A stretch of DNA of 64,000 nt from Batkoa obscura (lineage: Eukaryota). Location of the stretch: contig JASVEC010000002.1 in the NCBI GenBank assembly GCA_030770535.1, positions 2,232,001 to 2,296,000 on the forward strand, in the 5' to 3' direction. A program made the translations under genes and the position numbers. Positions 1 through 14,491 of the stretch are shown piece after piece; within the stretch, counting starts at the first letter, position 1, and each line of letters starts with the position of its first letter. The notes below the pieces were generated by a model. The model had not been told where the DNA came from, did no database searches, and saw nothing but the letters and a program-made list of their open reading frames with translations.

Positions 1-1066
1 TTAGTATCCCCAGAAACTCCTGCAGATAATGGATCATAAGCTAAAGCATGATCTGCAAATAAAACTGGGTCAAAGTTCATATAATTTAAATTTCCAAGTC
101 CAGTTGGATCAAGTGGGTTATAACCTGCTAATCCTGGATTAACCCCAAAGTTTAAACTAGGATCATAAACAGGTTGTTTATAAAGATCGAGATTTGGTTG
201 TAAAAGGTATGAATTATCTGTAAGTGAAGGCATTAAGTTAGAAAGTGGATCATTATATAAAGGTGGCATCATATAACTTAAAGAATTATAAGCAGCATCA
301 TTAGAGAATCCAAGAAGTGGGGTAGAATTAAAATCTAAAGGAAGAGCTGCAAATGCATCATGAGGAAGTGCATCACTAATTAATGGCGTTTGAAGTGTAG
401 AATAACCTGTGTTTACTGTGTCTGAAGTTTGTTCATCCGGAGATGAACTTTTCTTTTGGGCTGATTCTGAGCTAGTAGAAGAAGGTAATTCAGCGGATGA
501 AGATCTCTCAGTCTCTGGAGTTGCTTGAGCTCCACTTTCCTTTTTTAAATCTGAATCTTTTAAGTTTTTACTATCGAAAGTTTCAGGTAACCCTGTTTTT
601 GCTCTTTTGGTCAATTGCTCAAAATAGGCCAGTTTTTCTTGCAATTGTTGATTTTCTTCATTGGCTTGTTTGTTTGCTTTTTCAAGATCTTCAACTTTGC
701 TTTCTAAAACTTTAACATAATTTTCTTTACGCTCACGAAACGCTCTTTGTGCTGCTCTGTTTTGGGCAACACGTTTCTAAAATTATTAATATTGATTCTA
801 ACTTTAAAAGTATTCAAACATACATTAGTTGGCTCTGAAGTGGCTGGTTTACGTCCAGGTTTTTTACGGGCCTTTTCTTCAGAACCTTCTCCATCTGCAT
901 CTTTATCTATTAATTAATTAAGGTTATATAAAATTATTATTGAATATATAAACCTACCATCTTCATCAACTATTTTTTCAGGTAATGACACAGTGTTATC
1001 TGCAATCTTTCTTTTTTCGTCAATAGATTCCATTAACAATTCTAATCCTTTTTCAACAGAGCACAT
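1..1066 (-). CDS. Yap/AP-1-type bZIP transcription factor (3 exons seen; C-terminus runs off the window)
   Basis: Spliced translation MCSVEKGLELL...RKKPGRKPATSEPTN|KRVAQNRAAQRAFRERKENYVKVLESKVEDLE carries the fungal Yap basic region and leucine zipper; GT-AG introns. Confidence 0.85.
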
Positions 1067-2044
1067 AATAGTAAATAAATTTAAATAAAATGTCGAAATA
1101 AACTAAAAAACTAAAAATTAAATACTATTGCTTATCACTTTCTATATTTATTGCCCGGAATAAAGTTAAACCTTAGCCAATCATAGTTCTCCTTTGCTGA
1201 ATATTTTTTCGGGATATGGAATTTAATGGACCCGACAATTACACCGGCTTAGCTGCGGGTATTGATTCATATAATTGGTTAATAAAAGATCTAAAAAGGT
1301 GTGAATATCGAATCAAAGTTGAGATTCAATATCGAACTTGTTTATTAATTTTATCATTCAACTCCCTAAAGTCAATTTGGCATTGTTAAAAGCAATGAAT
1401 AATCTTGAAGTTATGATAGTTTCATTTTAAAATTAAACTAAAAGACAAATATAGAAAATGGACTAATCGAGTGGCCCTTTTATTTGCTACTTTCAAATTA
1501 GATCATGGCTTTTATTAAATAAAATTTATTAGAAATTCATTAAGCATTCGAACTCAGCATTCAATTCTTAGTAATGTTATTTACATTAATAGTTCAAAAT
1601 ACAAATTTAGTTGTCATCTTATTAAAATTATTAAAATTTAAATTATCTGGATTCAACGTTATATTATATTACTTACATAGTAAGTATTGTTATTTTGTCT
1701 TTAATATATGAATTAATCCATGAAACAAATCTTAATGCTTATAAAAGATATAAGCCAAACACTAATTATCATATGAATTAAAAAATATTATACATCATTG
1801 TATTTATTTAAAACAGTTCGAGAAGAATTATTTTAATCTTGAAAGAGCTAGAAGAATCTTAATCGGATATTTTTTATACTATATTCTATTTACCCTTTAT
1901 TCAACTTCAAGTTCAAAAGAAATTACATTGTATTTTTTTCTTGACTTCATTTTTTTCTATTCTAAGTGCTCTGTTTAGAGAGAAAAACTATTAGTAAATT
2001 CGTAAAAATACATCTCAACTGACAAAGTTCAGTTATATAGTAGC

Positions 2045-2480
2045 TAATTTATATTATCATACTAATTTCCAACTCAATGGTTGTGTTTTTATTTCAAAAT
2101 AACTAGTTAGTACTCGAAATTTATACTTTAAGTATATTATATTAAATAACTTTATAAAACTATTTACTAGACTTTTTACAAAAATAACTCACGCCATCAC
2201 TAATAATATCATTGTTAAATTAGATTATGTATAATTAACAAATTAAAAGATATTTTGTTGTAATTGATTGCTTTGTATAATAACACCTTTTTATTATTAA
2301 CAATACAATAAAGCTTAATTAAAATACAAACTTTATATTAGTTTAATCTACTGTTTGTATAATCAAACTCTTATTAAGTAATATAACAATTTCTTTAATG
2401 TACAACATTTGTAGCTTTTAATGAAATAATTCTTGAATTTTTGTTTAATTTAAGAAGATTACAATTTGAAAAATTATTAG
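2045..2480. repeat. 436-bp dispersed repeat, copy 1 (direct repeat of 11065-11500)
   Basis: TAATTTATATTATCATAC...GAAAAATTATTAG matches 11065-11500 with no mismatch seen; flanks differ. Confidence 0.95.
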
Positions 2481-2514
2481 TTTGATACTTTTATTTAATT
2501 GAAGATTGATATAT

Positions 2515-2613
2515 GGGGATGTTTTTTCTGATTTCATTACTTTTTCCATCTTTTAAATGCTATTTAAGTAGAAAAATTGTTAACAAAATTCTTAAATGAA
2601 AAAATACATCCCC
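2515..2613 (+). mobile_element. ~99-bp MITE, orientation A, TSD ATAT
   Basis: ATAT|GGGGATG...CATCCCC|ATAT; internal sequence shared with 12 other full copies. Confidence 0.9.
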
Positions 2614-2691
2614 ATATTATATTTTTGAATAAAATTGTCTAGATCTTTATATTAAATAAATTTAGTCCAAAAGATCATTAGAACTTCATAT

Positions 2692-2789
2692 GAGGATGTA
2701 TTTTTGTGTTTAAGAATTTTACTAACAAATTTTCCACTTAAATAGCGCTTAAAAATGGAAAAAATAATGAAGTCGAAAAAAACACTCCC
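2692..2789 (-). mobile_element. ~99-bp MITE, orientation B, TSD ATAT
   Basis: ATAT|GAGGATGTA...CACTCCC|ATAT; reverse complement of the family consensus. Confidence 0.9.
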
Positions 2790-2932
2790 ATATCTTTTTT
2801 AAGAATTTTAGTTAAAAAATTAGTTAACTTTAATTATAATACTAAAAAAAGAACATTTAAATAAAATAATACTAAAGCTAACTTAAAAACAGACTGATTT
2901 CAAAATAGTCATTGATCTTTATTATTTTACCC

Positions 2933-4466
2933 TTATTGTAACAACCAAGGAGCAGCAAATTTAGCTTTTTGATTGGACATATCAGCTTCTTCCAACTTCA
3001 ACATATGTTGTACTTTTGATAAACCAAAATAAAGTATTGCTGTCAATTTAGCATCTTTTAAGTTTAAACTCAAAGTGGAATTAATAAACCTAATCAATGC
3101 TAATAATTCTTTCTTATTTAAATTAATCAATTGATTTAATTGAATCAAAATAAAGATTAATCTTAAATTGATACTATCTGGATAAGAGTTAAGGGAGATA
3201 ATTAATTGAGTATGAGAATGATTCATTACATAATCATTAATAGATAATAACAAATTAGAAAAATTTAATGGGTCTTGTTTAGCTAAATAAAAATAGCAAT
3301 ATAGAATTAAGTCTGAAAACACTCAAAAATTAAAAAAATTACCTTTTGTGTTCTTAGGAACATTTAATAACTCATCAATAGCTGCTTGTTTCAATTCCAA
3401 TTCATTAGTAAAAGTAGCCAAACTATATAAAATACATAGTGTTTCTATTGTATAAAATTGATTTTCAATTGAATTTAATAATAATTGTTGGGCCATATCT
3501 AAATGTTGTTGGGAATTTAATTGATATAATAATTTACTCATCAATATTGTTGAATATAATTGATAATCTAAATGGTTTAATGTGGACTCAAAACAATCAA
3601 AACTTTCTTGTAAAGAATTATTAAAATAATAAGCTAAGCCTAATCCAATATTAATTTGTATTTTTTGTTCTTCAGTTAATTGATTATTATATTTATTTAA
3701 TAAATATTGAAATTGATTAATAGATTCTATATAATTTTCACTAGAACATAATACTCGTGCATAATTCAATATTACTAAGATATAAAATCTGTTATTATCT
3801 TCTCTTTCTTTTTCTTTTTCTTTTTCTAATAATTGTTTACTATTTTTAAAACATTCAATTGCTTCTTTAAAAAATTGAAGTCTCTCATAATATAATCCCA
3901 TTAAATTAAAAGCTTTTGGATCTGATTGATTTATTTCTAAATATTTCATAATACTTAATTGACCTAAATCATATTTTTTAAATTGAAACATTAAATTGGA
4001 ATATTCATAATATAAATTTATACAATTAAATTGATTTAATTCATTAATATGAATTGTCATTTCATTACTTTCTTTTAATTTTAATTTATTCATTAAAATT
4101 AATTTACCTATTAAATTATTGATTGAATCAGGTTGAATATCTATACTTTTATTAATCAATTGTTCACTTAATTCATTATCTCCTTGTAATAAACATAAAT
4201 AGCCATAATTTGTTAAGGAAGATGAATTCTAAAATAAAAAACGAAATAAAAGTTAAATATAATAATTGAATTAAAATTAAAATTAAAATTACTTTATGAT
4301 TTTCTAAAATAGAAGCTTGAATAAAAGCATGCTGGGCTAGTTTTGGATTCAATTTTAAATTTAATACACCTAATAAATTCCAAGCTTTGGAATAAGATGG
4401 ATTTAATTGGATACAACGTAATAAATAATTAAAACTTAATTTATAATAAAATTCTTGTTGTTGTAA

Positions 4467-4499
<33 letters not shown>

Positions 4500-5984
4500 C
4501 TTATTTAATATAAAATAATTTCTTGCAATCTTATATAAAATATTAATAATTGGTGATTTATTAATTATTAATATTCTTTTATAACTTAATATGGATAGTA
4601 ATAATATTTTATTTAATTGTATTGAATTATTATTATCAATTAATTCCATCTTATCTTTTTCATTAAAATTGAGATTTAATTCTTTTATTAATTGATTTAA
4701 TAAACTAATATCAATTGAATTTAATTGATTTAATAATAATCTAAAAAAATACAATGTTTCTGCAATTAATTCCCAACACATGAATGAATTCTTATCTACT
4801 TGAATCCCATTTAATAAATTTTCCAATGAATCATTCAAAATACTTGCTGCATAACCAAAATCCCCAGATTTAAAACATTGATTTGCAAAATTCAAATATA
4901 CTTCCGATAATAATAAAATGATTGGTAAATAATTTGTTTTCTTATTATTTAATTCAATTAATAAATTAATTGCTTCTTTGAATTGATTTAATTTTAAATA
5001 AACTTTAGCTAAATAATAAGAACTAATAATATCTTCCTTATTCTGTTTTAAAAAACATTTTGAACTAGCTTTATATCTCCCTTCTTTATAATATGCTAAC
5101 CCTAATCCTTTCCATACTACTAAATTATCCGAATTTAATTTTAAACTTTTTTGAAAACTAATAATTGCATTATTACTATCATTTTTAGACTAAAAAATAA
5201 TACATTGTTAATATTAATATTATTATTATTCGTACTATTATTATTAATTTTACCATATCTAAATAACCTTTTTTTTCCCAAACCCAACTTGAATTAGGTA
5301 AGTAATGGATCATCTGATTTAATAATTGTTCAATAAATTCCCACTCTTTTTTATCAGTTTGAATTTGATAAATTAATTTATAACAATCTTCTAATTTTGG
5401 TTGATATTTAATAGCATTAATAAAACATTTTAATGCTTTATTATGATTGAATTGAATTTGTTGATAATAATAACCTAAATATTCTAATACTTCTCCAAAT
5501 TCATTATTATTTTTTAAACTCTTTATAAGATAATCATAACTCAATTCGTATTCCTTATTTTCCCAATAAACTACTCCTAATCGATAATAAGTTTTATAAT
5601 CATTTGGTTGATTTTGTATTACTTTTAATAATAACTGTTTGCCTTCTTCTATCTTATTTAATTTAATTAAACTCCAACCTTTAATACTTAATATATTAAA
5701 ATTATTATTAATAGTTTCATTATTATTAATCCATTCTAATAATAAGCTATAATTCTTTTTCATTAATCCATATTCTAATAAACTCTATAAAAAATAACAA
5801 TTAATTATTATTATTATTAAAATCAATGAAATAATAGTTTACCTCAAAAGCATATAAATTATTATTATTATTATTAACAATAATTTGTAATAATTGATAA
5901 GCTTGATTATGAAATGATAAATTATCACTTTTTAAGTAACAATTACTTATGTTTAATTTACATGAATCATAGACACTATGAACA

Positions 5985-6025
<41 letters not shown>

Positions 6026-7728
6026 CATTTAAGTAAATATAAGATATATTTACTTACTTTTGAATTAATTCTAATTCCCCTTTAAATAAATGTTCGATAT
6101 GAGTTAATAAAGATTTGGCTACTTTAAGCGCCAAATCATAGTATTTAAAATTAAATAATAACCATAACGTTGAATGCATTGTAAACAATTCTTTGCTTTC
6201 TTCTACCTCTTCAATCAATTCCTAATAAAATGTTATATATATTTATATATTATATATTATATTAATTAAATAGTTACTTTAAAATCAATTTCTTCATTTA
6301 ATTCTTTAAATTGATCAAAATCCACATGATGATTTTTAACTAATAATGCTATTCTTTTAAATAAACAGCTATCATCCTCTTCTAATTCAATATATTTTTT
6401 TAATTGATCATTATTGTATAATTCTATATTTAAAATTAATTAATTAATATTCTTATATAAAAATAATAATAATCATTTACCAGGATGACAAACATTCTCA
6501 AAACTAATCAACGCTTGATAAGTAACCTTTGATTCCATCTGATGTTCAATTAAATATTGAGCATAACTTTGTAAATCAAATAATAACTAATAATTGTATT
6601 TAATAAATATTTTAATAATAAATAAAATAATGATCTTTTTAAAAAAATTTACATTTTTTTTGCCTTTAATAAAAGTAGATCCCACAAGATAATATAAATG
6701 TTCTAAATATTTTTTAGAATATTGAATATATTCTTCACTTTTAATATCCATATTTATAGCTCCCATTAATTGAATAATATCTAACAAACAATTCAAATAC
6801 TAAATAAAATAAAAATCAATTTTATATTAATAAAATCTTATTTTCAGAATTTAAACTTCAAATTACCTTTTTATCTTCATAAACTTCAGTTCGAACTTTA
6901 AATTTAATAGTGATCATTGAATCTTCTGATAAACTTCTTCTTTTTGATTCAATTAATTTTTCTATTAATGATTCTTTTTGTGAACAAAGAATACTTTCAA
7001 TTTTGTAATATTGAAATAATAACTTGCTTTGATCAACATAGTATTCTTCTCGATAATGCGGTGAACCAGGTAATAAATCTCTGGTCAATTCTAGAATCTA
7101 AAAGAGAACGATTAAAATGAGATTGAAGTTAAAATAGAGTAACTTACTTTTTCTTCATGTCCTGTTAAATTTTCATAATATTGAATTAAATTTTGTGTTA
7201 TTTCAAAATATTTAGCATATAGTTCACTATTATTTTAATAATTTAAAAATTAATAAAGTAATATTTTATTTTTTATAATAACAATAATATACTTACTTTC
7301 TAAAATAACATTGTCTTGCTTTTTCATATTCAATAATTAGTTTTTCACTATCTTGTTGTTTTTCATATAATTGAATTAAACCCTATTTGAATGAAAAATA
7401 ATTAAGATTTTAAAAACATCCACTTTTTTTCTCAGTGTTACCTGATAAACTACAGGTAAATCTGGCTTTAATCCCAATGCTTTCAAGTAAGCCATTTCTG
7501 AATCTTGATATTCATTCAAATGAAATTGAGCTAAACCTAAATATAACCAACTAGATATGAAATTTGATTTAATTAATCATTTGCTTTAGAAAATAGAATG
7601 AATAAATTTTACACCTGATGATTAGTACCTTCAAATAAAAGTACTCTTTTGCATCCATCTTTTGCTTTTTTATATTCTTTATTAGCTAGATCTTGACGTA
7701 TTTTTTTAATTGTTTCTTTATTGTTCAT
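2933..7728 (-). CDS. SKI3: Superkiller complex TPR protein Ski3/TTC37-like (multi-exon)
   Basis: Long multi-exon TPR protein. N-terminus MNNKETIKKIRQDLANKEYKKAKDGCKRVL; segments LTRDLLPGS, AWNLLGVL...LAQHAFIQA, LGLAYYF; C-terminal APW motif typical of Ski3. Confidence 0.75.
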
Positions 7729-7983
7729 CTTTTGTTTGAAAAAATATCAAAAAAAAGTTCTTTCAATTTATCAAATTAAAATTTAATTTCATTCATTTTA
7801 TTCTTATAAAATTTCATAATGACATTACATTACATTATGCAAAAAATAAGATATAAAAATATAAAAATAAAAATAAGTTCATCTTTGTTCAACTTTAACA
7901 ATTTAATAATAGGGAGGATAGAAAATGGTTGATGGAAGGTTCAATTGAATCAAAACTCCATTGGAAAAAATACTATTAATCAA

Positions 7984-8775
7984 TTAAGCTTCAAGCTCAC
8001 GTACGAAATTGAGACCCCAATAAGCTGCGGTATATTTAGTGACATATCGAAATAATTTTTGAAAATTTTCCGATTTTTCTTGATTAGAAAGGGTTAAAGC
8101 TTGAAAGATTTTACTAGCTAAATCTTCAGTATCCCATGGATTAACAATAAGTGAACCATTTAATGATTGAGCTGCTCCAGCAAATTCAGACAATATTAAA
8201 CTACCGTGATTATCTTGCTGTGAAGAGATAAATTCATAAGATACTAAATTCATACCATCTCTAGTGGAAGATACTAAACAGATATCAGACATAGCATATA
8301 AGGCTACTAATTCTTGAAAATTAACTGATTGATACATAAAGTGAATTGGAACATATTCAATTGTGCCTAATAAATAAATAAACTTAATATATTAAATATA
8401 TTGAAATGTATTAAAATTACCAAATCTTCCATTAATTCTACCAACCATTTCATTAACTTTACATGTTAAATATTGATATTCATCAACATCACTTCTAGAT
8501 GGTACTGCTACTTGAATTAAAACTACCTATTAAATAAAATAAAATAAAATAAAATAAAATAAAATATTATTATTATTTACCTTTCCAATAAATTCGGGAT
8601 ATTTTTCAAAAAAATATTCAATACCAGCTAATTTTTGAGGCACCCCTTTAATATAATCTAATCGATCCACACCAACAATGACTTTAGTTCCTTTAAACTT
8701 TTCTTTTAATCTTTTAATTCTTTCCATTACTGTTTCTGTTTTTAATTCCTATTAGATTAAAATAAATAAATATAC

Positions 8776-8806
<31 letters not shown>

Positions 8807-9693
8807 CAATTACCTGTAAAAACTTTTCCGGATCAATACCAATAGGAAAAGTACCCACTTTAACTTTTCTATTCTCAAATTCAATATGATTTGGTGTCGT
8901 CTCCAAATTCATAACCAAACTACATGATGATAAGAAATGTCTTGCATAATCATAAGTATGAAAGCCTAAGAGATCAGCATTAAGTACACCTAAAAGTACT
9001 TCTTTTCTCACCGGTAAAATACGATAAATTTCACTAGATGGAAAAGGGGTATGCAAAAACCAACCAATTTTCACATTTTTATATTGATTTCCCATTTTTT
9101 GTCTTAATAATTGAGGTAAAATCATTAAATGATAATCATGAATCCACACCAAATCCCCATCTTGTAATTCTTCAAATACTGCATCAGCAAATAATTCATT
9201 TGCCTTTTTATACGCTTCCCAAGCTTCATCATTAAATGATATTTCTCCTGGATGATAATGAAACAATGGCCATAAAATACTATAGAATAAATAATATATT
9301 TAATATTGTTCCATTCTATTCTATTAAATTGAATTTACCTATTAGAAAACCCATTATAATGAGCTTCTGCTAAGTCATCCTCTAAAAATACTGGTTTACA
9401 ATTAAATTCTTCTTTTAATGAAGCGCAGATTGTTTTTCTATCATCTTCATTAAAATCCTTGCCTATAAATTTTCGATTTAATTTTATATACTTTAACTTC
9501 AAATAGAACAAAACTTACCCGGCCAACCAATCCATTTAAATGACATTTCTTTTTTCAATCCAGAAAGTGCAGAAACAAGTCCACCTGAACTCATGGAATA
9601 AGAATAACTAGAATCCTCTCCTTTTTTTATAGTGATTGGTAAGCGATTAGATATCACTAATAATCTTTGACCACTACTTTCTTTATTAGACAT
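7984..9693 (-). CDS. TPS1: Alpha,alpha-trehalose-phosphate synthase (6 exons)
   Basis: RLLVISNRLP, SSGGLVSAL, WIHDYHLM, FLHTPFPSSEIYRILP, GVDRLDYIKG, RDGMNLVSYE and SEFAGAAQSL motifs; GT-AG introns join the ORFs in frame. Confidence 0.97.
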
Positions 9694-11064
9694 TCCTCTT
9701 TAAAATTTAAATTAACTTTATCAAAAATTCTCTAAAAATTACTACCTCATTTACTTTTATATAATTATTAACCATTTACAAATTAAAATAAAATTCTAAC
9801 CATGACATCATGTAGTAGGAAATAGATGGGAAGCCATAAATTAGCCAATAAAATCCAAAGTTAGACCAACCACTTTAATAAAATTCACTTCATTGGCTTG
9901 ATTCAAAAATTAAATCCCTATCTTTTAGACTCCGATGTGGAAGTTAACATTTCAATAGGGGCAATAGTCTACAAAAGGTGACGTAGTTAAGTTGATTTTT
10001 AGGGGATGATTTCATAATTCGTACCATTGTAATAAATATTAATTTATACAAAGATAAAAGAGATAAGATAAAACATGTATAAATAAAAGTATGTGTTTCT
10101 ATTTGATATTATATTAGACTTAGTTAACTTTTGTATGTGTTATGGAAAACTTATGTCTTGTTAAGAAGTAGATTAATGTAGCTGTTTTCTAAAAATTGAA
10201 TTAGTTGAAGTAACTTTGTATCTTGCTGTTTTATTAGTTAGTGTCACTGTCTTTGCTATAAAAATGACAAGTTAATTTATTCTCTATAGAGGAATAATTG
10301 AAATAAAAAATAAATTTGAGTTTTTTTTATAAAATTCGATAATTATTTATTTTGATAGGGAAATTTTATGTTCTATAATTTATTTAATATCATAAACAAA
10401 TTGATAGATTCTCTTAAAAATTCCTATATTTTTTATTATGAAGCAACTACAAAATATAATAATATTATTATATCTTACATATTGTTAAGAAGCTTGGAAA
10501 AATTAAAATTAAATTTTAATTTTAATTTGATTAACTCTTATATAGCTACTACAACTTGTTTGTAACTTTTAACTGTTCATTTGAAAAGAATACTTTTCTA
10601 AAACTAGGCAAAATTTTATATTAGGCTTAAAAAAATCAAATAAATAAATAATAATTAGCTTTAAAAACTACCGCAAATTGAATCGCAATAAACTTTTAGC
10701 AGCGATAATTTTAACTTACTATTACTTGAAATCAAAGAATATTTATAATACTATTACTTAAATAAAAGACTAATAATAATAATAATAATAAAGGTTGTAA
10801 AAACACTATTATTAAATGTTTTTTTTATCAATTATTAAAAGATGAATTGTTTATTATAATAGAAAAAGGTATTATAAAATAATTTGATGTTTTTATACTA
10901 CATTATAGCTATAAAAAGACACTTGTTGAAATTAGGAGTATAATTTTTGGTTTGATTCAAGCTGGAATTCAAATATCTGTAACGAATGTTTTATTTTGTT
11001 GTTTATCTATTTACAGTTATTAAAGTACAAATACCCAACAGCTAACGATAATTTTTATAATTGG

Positions 11065-11500
11065 TAATTTATATTATCATACTAATTTCCAACTCAATGG
11101 TTGTGTTTTTATTTCAAAATAACTAGTTAGTACTCGAAATTTATACTTTAAGTATATTATATTAAATAACTTTATAAAACTATTTACTAGACTTTTTACA
11201 AAAATAACTCACGCCATCACTAATAATATCATTGTTAAATTAGATTATGTATAATTAACAAATTAAAAGATATTTTGTTGTAATTGATTGCTTTGTATAA
11301 TAACACCTTTTTATTATTAACAATACAATAAAGCTTAATTAAAATACAAACTTTATATTAGTTTAATCTACTGTTTGTATAATCAAACTCTTATTAAGTA
11401 ATATAACAATTTCTTTAATGTACAACATTTGTAGCTTTTAATGAAATAATTCTTGAATTTTTGTTTAATTTAAGAAGATTACAATTTGAAAAATTATTAG
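11065..11500. repeat. 436-bp dispersed repeat, copy 2
   Basis: Matches 2045-2480 (offset 9020 bp). Confidence 0.95.
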
Positions 11501-11742
11501 CTTAATTTTCAATTAAATAATACAAATGCCCTATTATGTTTTTTGTTAAATATAACTATTTAAATTCATGTATAGTAGTTTCATTAAAAAGATTTAATTT
11601 TTCTTATAAATGATCCTTTAGTTAGTTATTATTATATTTACTGTCTTTTATAAAAATTTATCAAATTTATTTTTAATACAATAATAGGCTCTGATAAGTT
11701 ATAATATAATTTAAATTTATTTAGTATTGTAAGGAATTTACT

Positions 11743-11773
11743 TGTTAGTAAAATTCTTGAAAAACACATCTCC
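11743..11773 (+). mobile_element. Partial MITE (3' end only)
   Basis: TGTTAGTAAAATTCTTGAAAAACACATCTCC resembles the 3' third of the MITE consensus. Confidence 0.6.
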
Positions 11774-11894
11774 AAGTATTATTTATTTTGTTAAATTATT
11801 TTATAATATTTCAAACTATATGCTACTTTTGACTTTAATAGACCAGTTGATTTCTAATTAATTCGAACCAATATATAAAACTTCTGCTTTATAT

Positions 11895-11987
11895 GGTAGT
11901 GTTTTTTGACTATTATTTTTTCTATTTTTTAAGTGTTATTTAAGCGGAAAATTTGTTAGTAAAATTCTTAAAGAAAAATACGTCCCC
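11895..11987 (+). mobile_element. MITE, orientation A, TSD ATAT
   Basis: ATAT|GGTAGTG...CGTCCCC|ATAT; matches the family. Confidence 0.85.
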
Positions 11988-14281
11988 ATATACTGTAATT
12001 GAAAAGAAAGTAGTAGCATGTTAAATAGCTTTATAGATAATTTAACATTAAATTTTTATTACTTTTATTCTAAACGATAAGTTCGGCGATATTTTATAAA
12101 TTAAAAAATTTTAAGTTATATTTTATTAGAAAAGATTATATAAAACATCATGAAATGAGGAGTTATACAATAGGAATAAGAAAAAACTGTTAGATATCAG
12201 TAGTTATTGTAAAACTTATAAACCTAGTTTTGGGTATCACAAAGGATAATGAACAAACTATACTCGGTTTCATATGAATTTATCTAATGTACAGTAGGTA
12301 GATAGCAGATCATAAAAGAGCGGGAAGGTCATCAACTAATAGCTTGGAATGAATAAAAGAAATGTATAGCTCATACATCACTGAGAATAACATCGGTGAT
12401 ATTATTACATTTATTTCTAAAACTATTAGGATTATAAATCTTATCATAGTTAATGATAGAGTAGGTAATAAAATAATAAAAGGTTGGGAATAGTCTCATG
12501 TCTATTCTTGAGTAAAAGATATACACCTGGATTTAACATAAAAAGGAGAAATATCAACTTTCGTAGTTTACTTTATTTAATATGATATTTTTTAAATAGG
12601 CATTCTACGAAGCTAATTGGAATCTCTAATGAAGTAGTAGCTGATTCAGGAGATTAGAGGATATCAAGTTTGCAATGGTATACTTATGAGGTTTTAGAGT
12701 TACTATCGGTAATTTTATTCTTAGCATCATATAGTTTAATTTAGTAACTTCCTAAGGATTTTTAAAGTTGTAATATACAAAGACGCATAATACCCACTCA
12801 AGTCTTAAATAGGTCAAAATCTTTATTTAATAACTTTAAATTTAGTTTAACCGATTCAACTACTTATTTACCAAGATGTAGGATTTATTAAGTTCCACCA
12901 CTTTATTAAAAAACATCGCCTTTTTTACTTTAGTTTAATTAATATTACAAATAATCACAAATAGTTGATTATATATAAAGTAAAATATCACTTCAATAGG
13001 ATTTTAGCCTAAATTCAAAATTGTGAAATTCTCTATTTCAATGTAAGGTTTTTATTATTCTACAATGTATTAAATTATTTAATATAATAAATTATTAGAT
13101 AATTATATCATGATTATTGATCAGTTTTGTTGATCAGTTTTATTGATAGTTCTTATAATAAAGAAGAATATTGTAATGAGGATAAGTAGGGAAAAAAGTA
13201 AATTAATTACTGATAAATTATAAAGGAGCTTAAGCGGATCCAAATAGTAGTTAGAAAATTATTTAAAAATGACGAGTTAACTTGATTGCTTTATGTAAAG
13301 ATACAATGTGATAGTTTCTAATATTTATTTAGCTTCTAAATATTATCTAAGCATAACTTTATTAGTTCTATTTATTAAAAATACAAGTTATAAAAACAGC
13401 CATTGTAAAAAATTTAAAAACCTGAAGTTATGATATCTTTCAGCATTTAATAACTAAATAAAAGCGTAATGATATTTAATTATTGAATTACTAAATAAAG
13501 CAAATACAGAGATAATCGTTCACTATTTTATTGTTTTTATTAGCTATTAATCGGATTTATTTTTATTTCAATGAAAAACTAGAAGCATTAAAACATATTG
13601 AAACTTAATAAATAAACTTCTAGAATGTTTGAATAAGAAAGAATAGTTTAACAATGCAAAAAGCTTAACTTTGGGTAAAGTTCATCACAATACAACCCAA
13701 ACTTTTGTAATGTTTAAAGGATTTATAAGATAATGAATGAATTTAGGATAAATAACATAAAAATGGTTGTTTAAATTACTATTTATTACTTTATTCTTTA
13801 ATGGCTTGTATTTAAATTATCAGACGATCATTCTAGTTATGCCTTAAGTTAATAATTTTATTATTCAATAGATACGATTTAATTAATATTTGGAAAGTGA
13901 ATAATATAATAGGAATAGTAAAAATAGAGGTAATGAAGGGTAAATACACTGTTATAGACTTCAATAGATTATCAAATACAACAAATTATTAACTATTTTA
14001 TATTCTGCACCTTTTAATAATATTCTGTCACTCTTATTTTATTGCTTTAAGTAAACAATAGACTGACCCATTTAAATCTCATGATGAAACTCAATAATTA
14101 ACAACAGGAAATCTGTATTTGGGATTTAATTGGTTAATCTTCAGCTAGCCAATTAAGATTCAATTACTACTTAAAACCCAGTTCGTTCCAATACCCCACC
14201 TTAAAAAAAGTATTTAAGGCAAGCCAAATCTTTTTTCATTCAGAAACTACTTTTTTTTATAAATTCAATTAGTTAACAAAG

Positions 14282-14491
14282 ATGAGCTTAAAGTCTATCC
14301 AAGAACAAGTCCAATTAAAATATTATCAATACGAATTAACAACCGCTGTTTATATGTTAGAACCTTGGGAGAAATGTATCGTCAATTCTATTGCTGTAGT
14401 TGGTACCGGTCTCTTTTTATATACCGCTGCTAATTATACCCCAGAATATCTTAAATATTTTGGCTCCTTTTCAAGCGCCCTTCTTCCTTAA
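14282..14491 (+). CDS. Serine palmitoyltransferase small regulatory subunit (SPTssa/b-like)
   Basis: 69 aa with YYQYELTTAVYMLEPWEK followed by a hydrophobic segment; the YMLEPWE motif is typical of SPTss proteins. Confidence 0.85.
   Translation: MSLKSIQEQVQLKYYQYELTTAVYMLEPWEKCIVNSIAVVGTGLFLYTAANYTPEYLKYFGSFSSALLP

Noticed and set aside
12050..12950. Possible degenerate coding or TE sequence in the gene-free gap
   Set aside because: The frames tried are riddled with stops and I recognise no domain.
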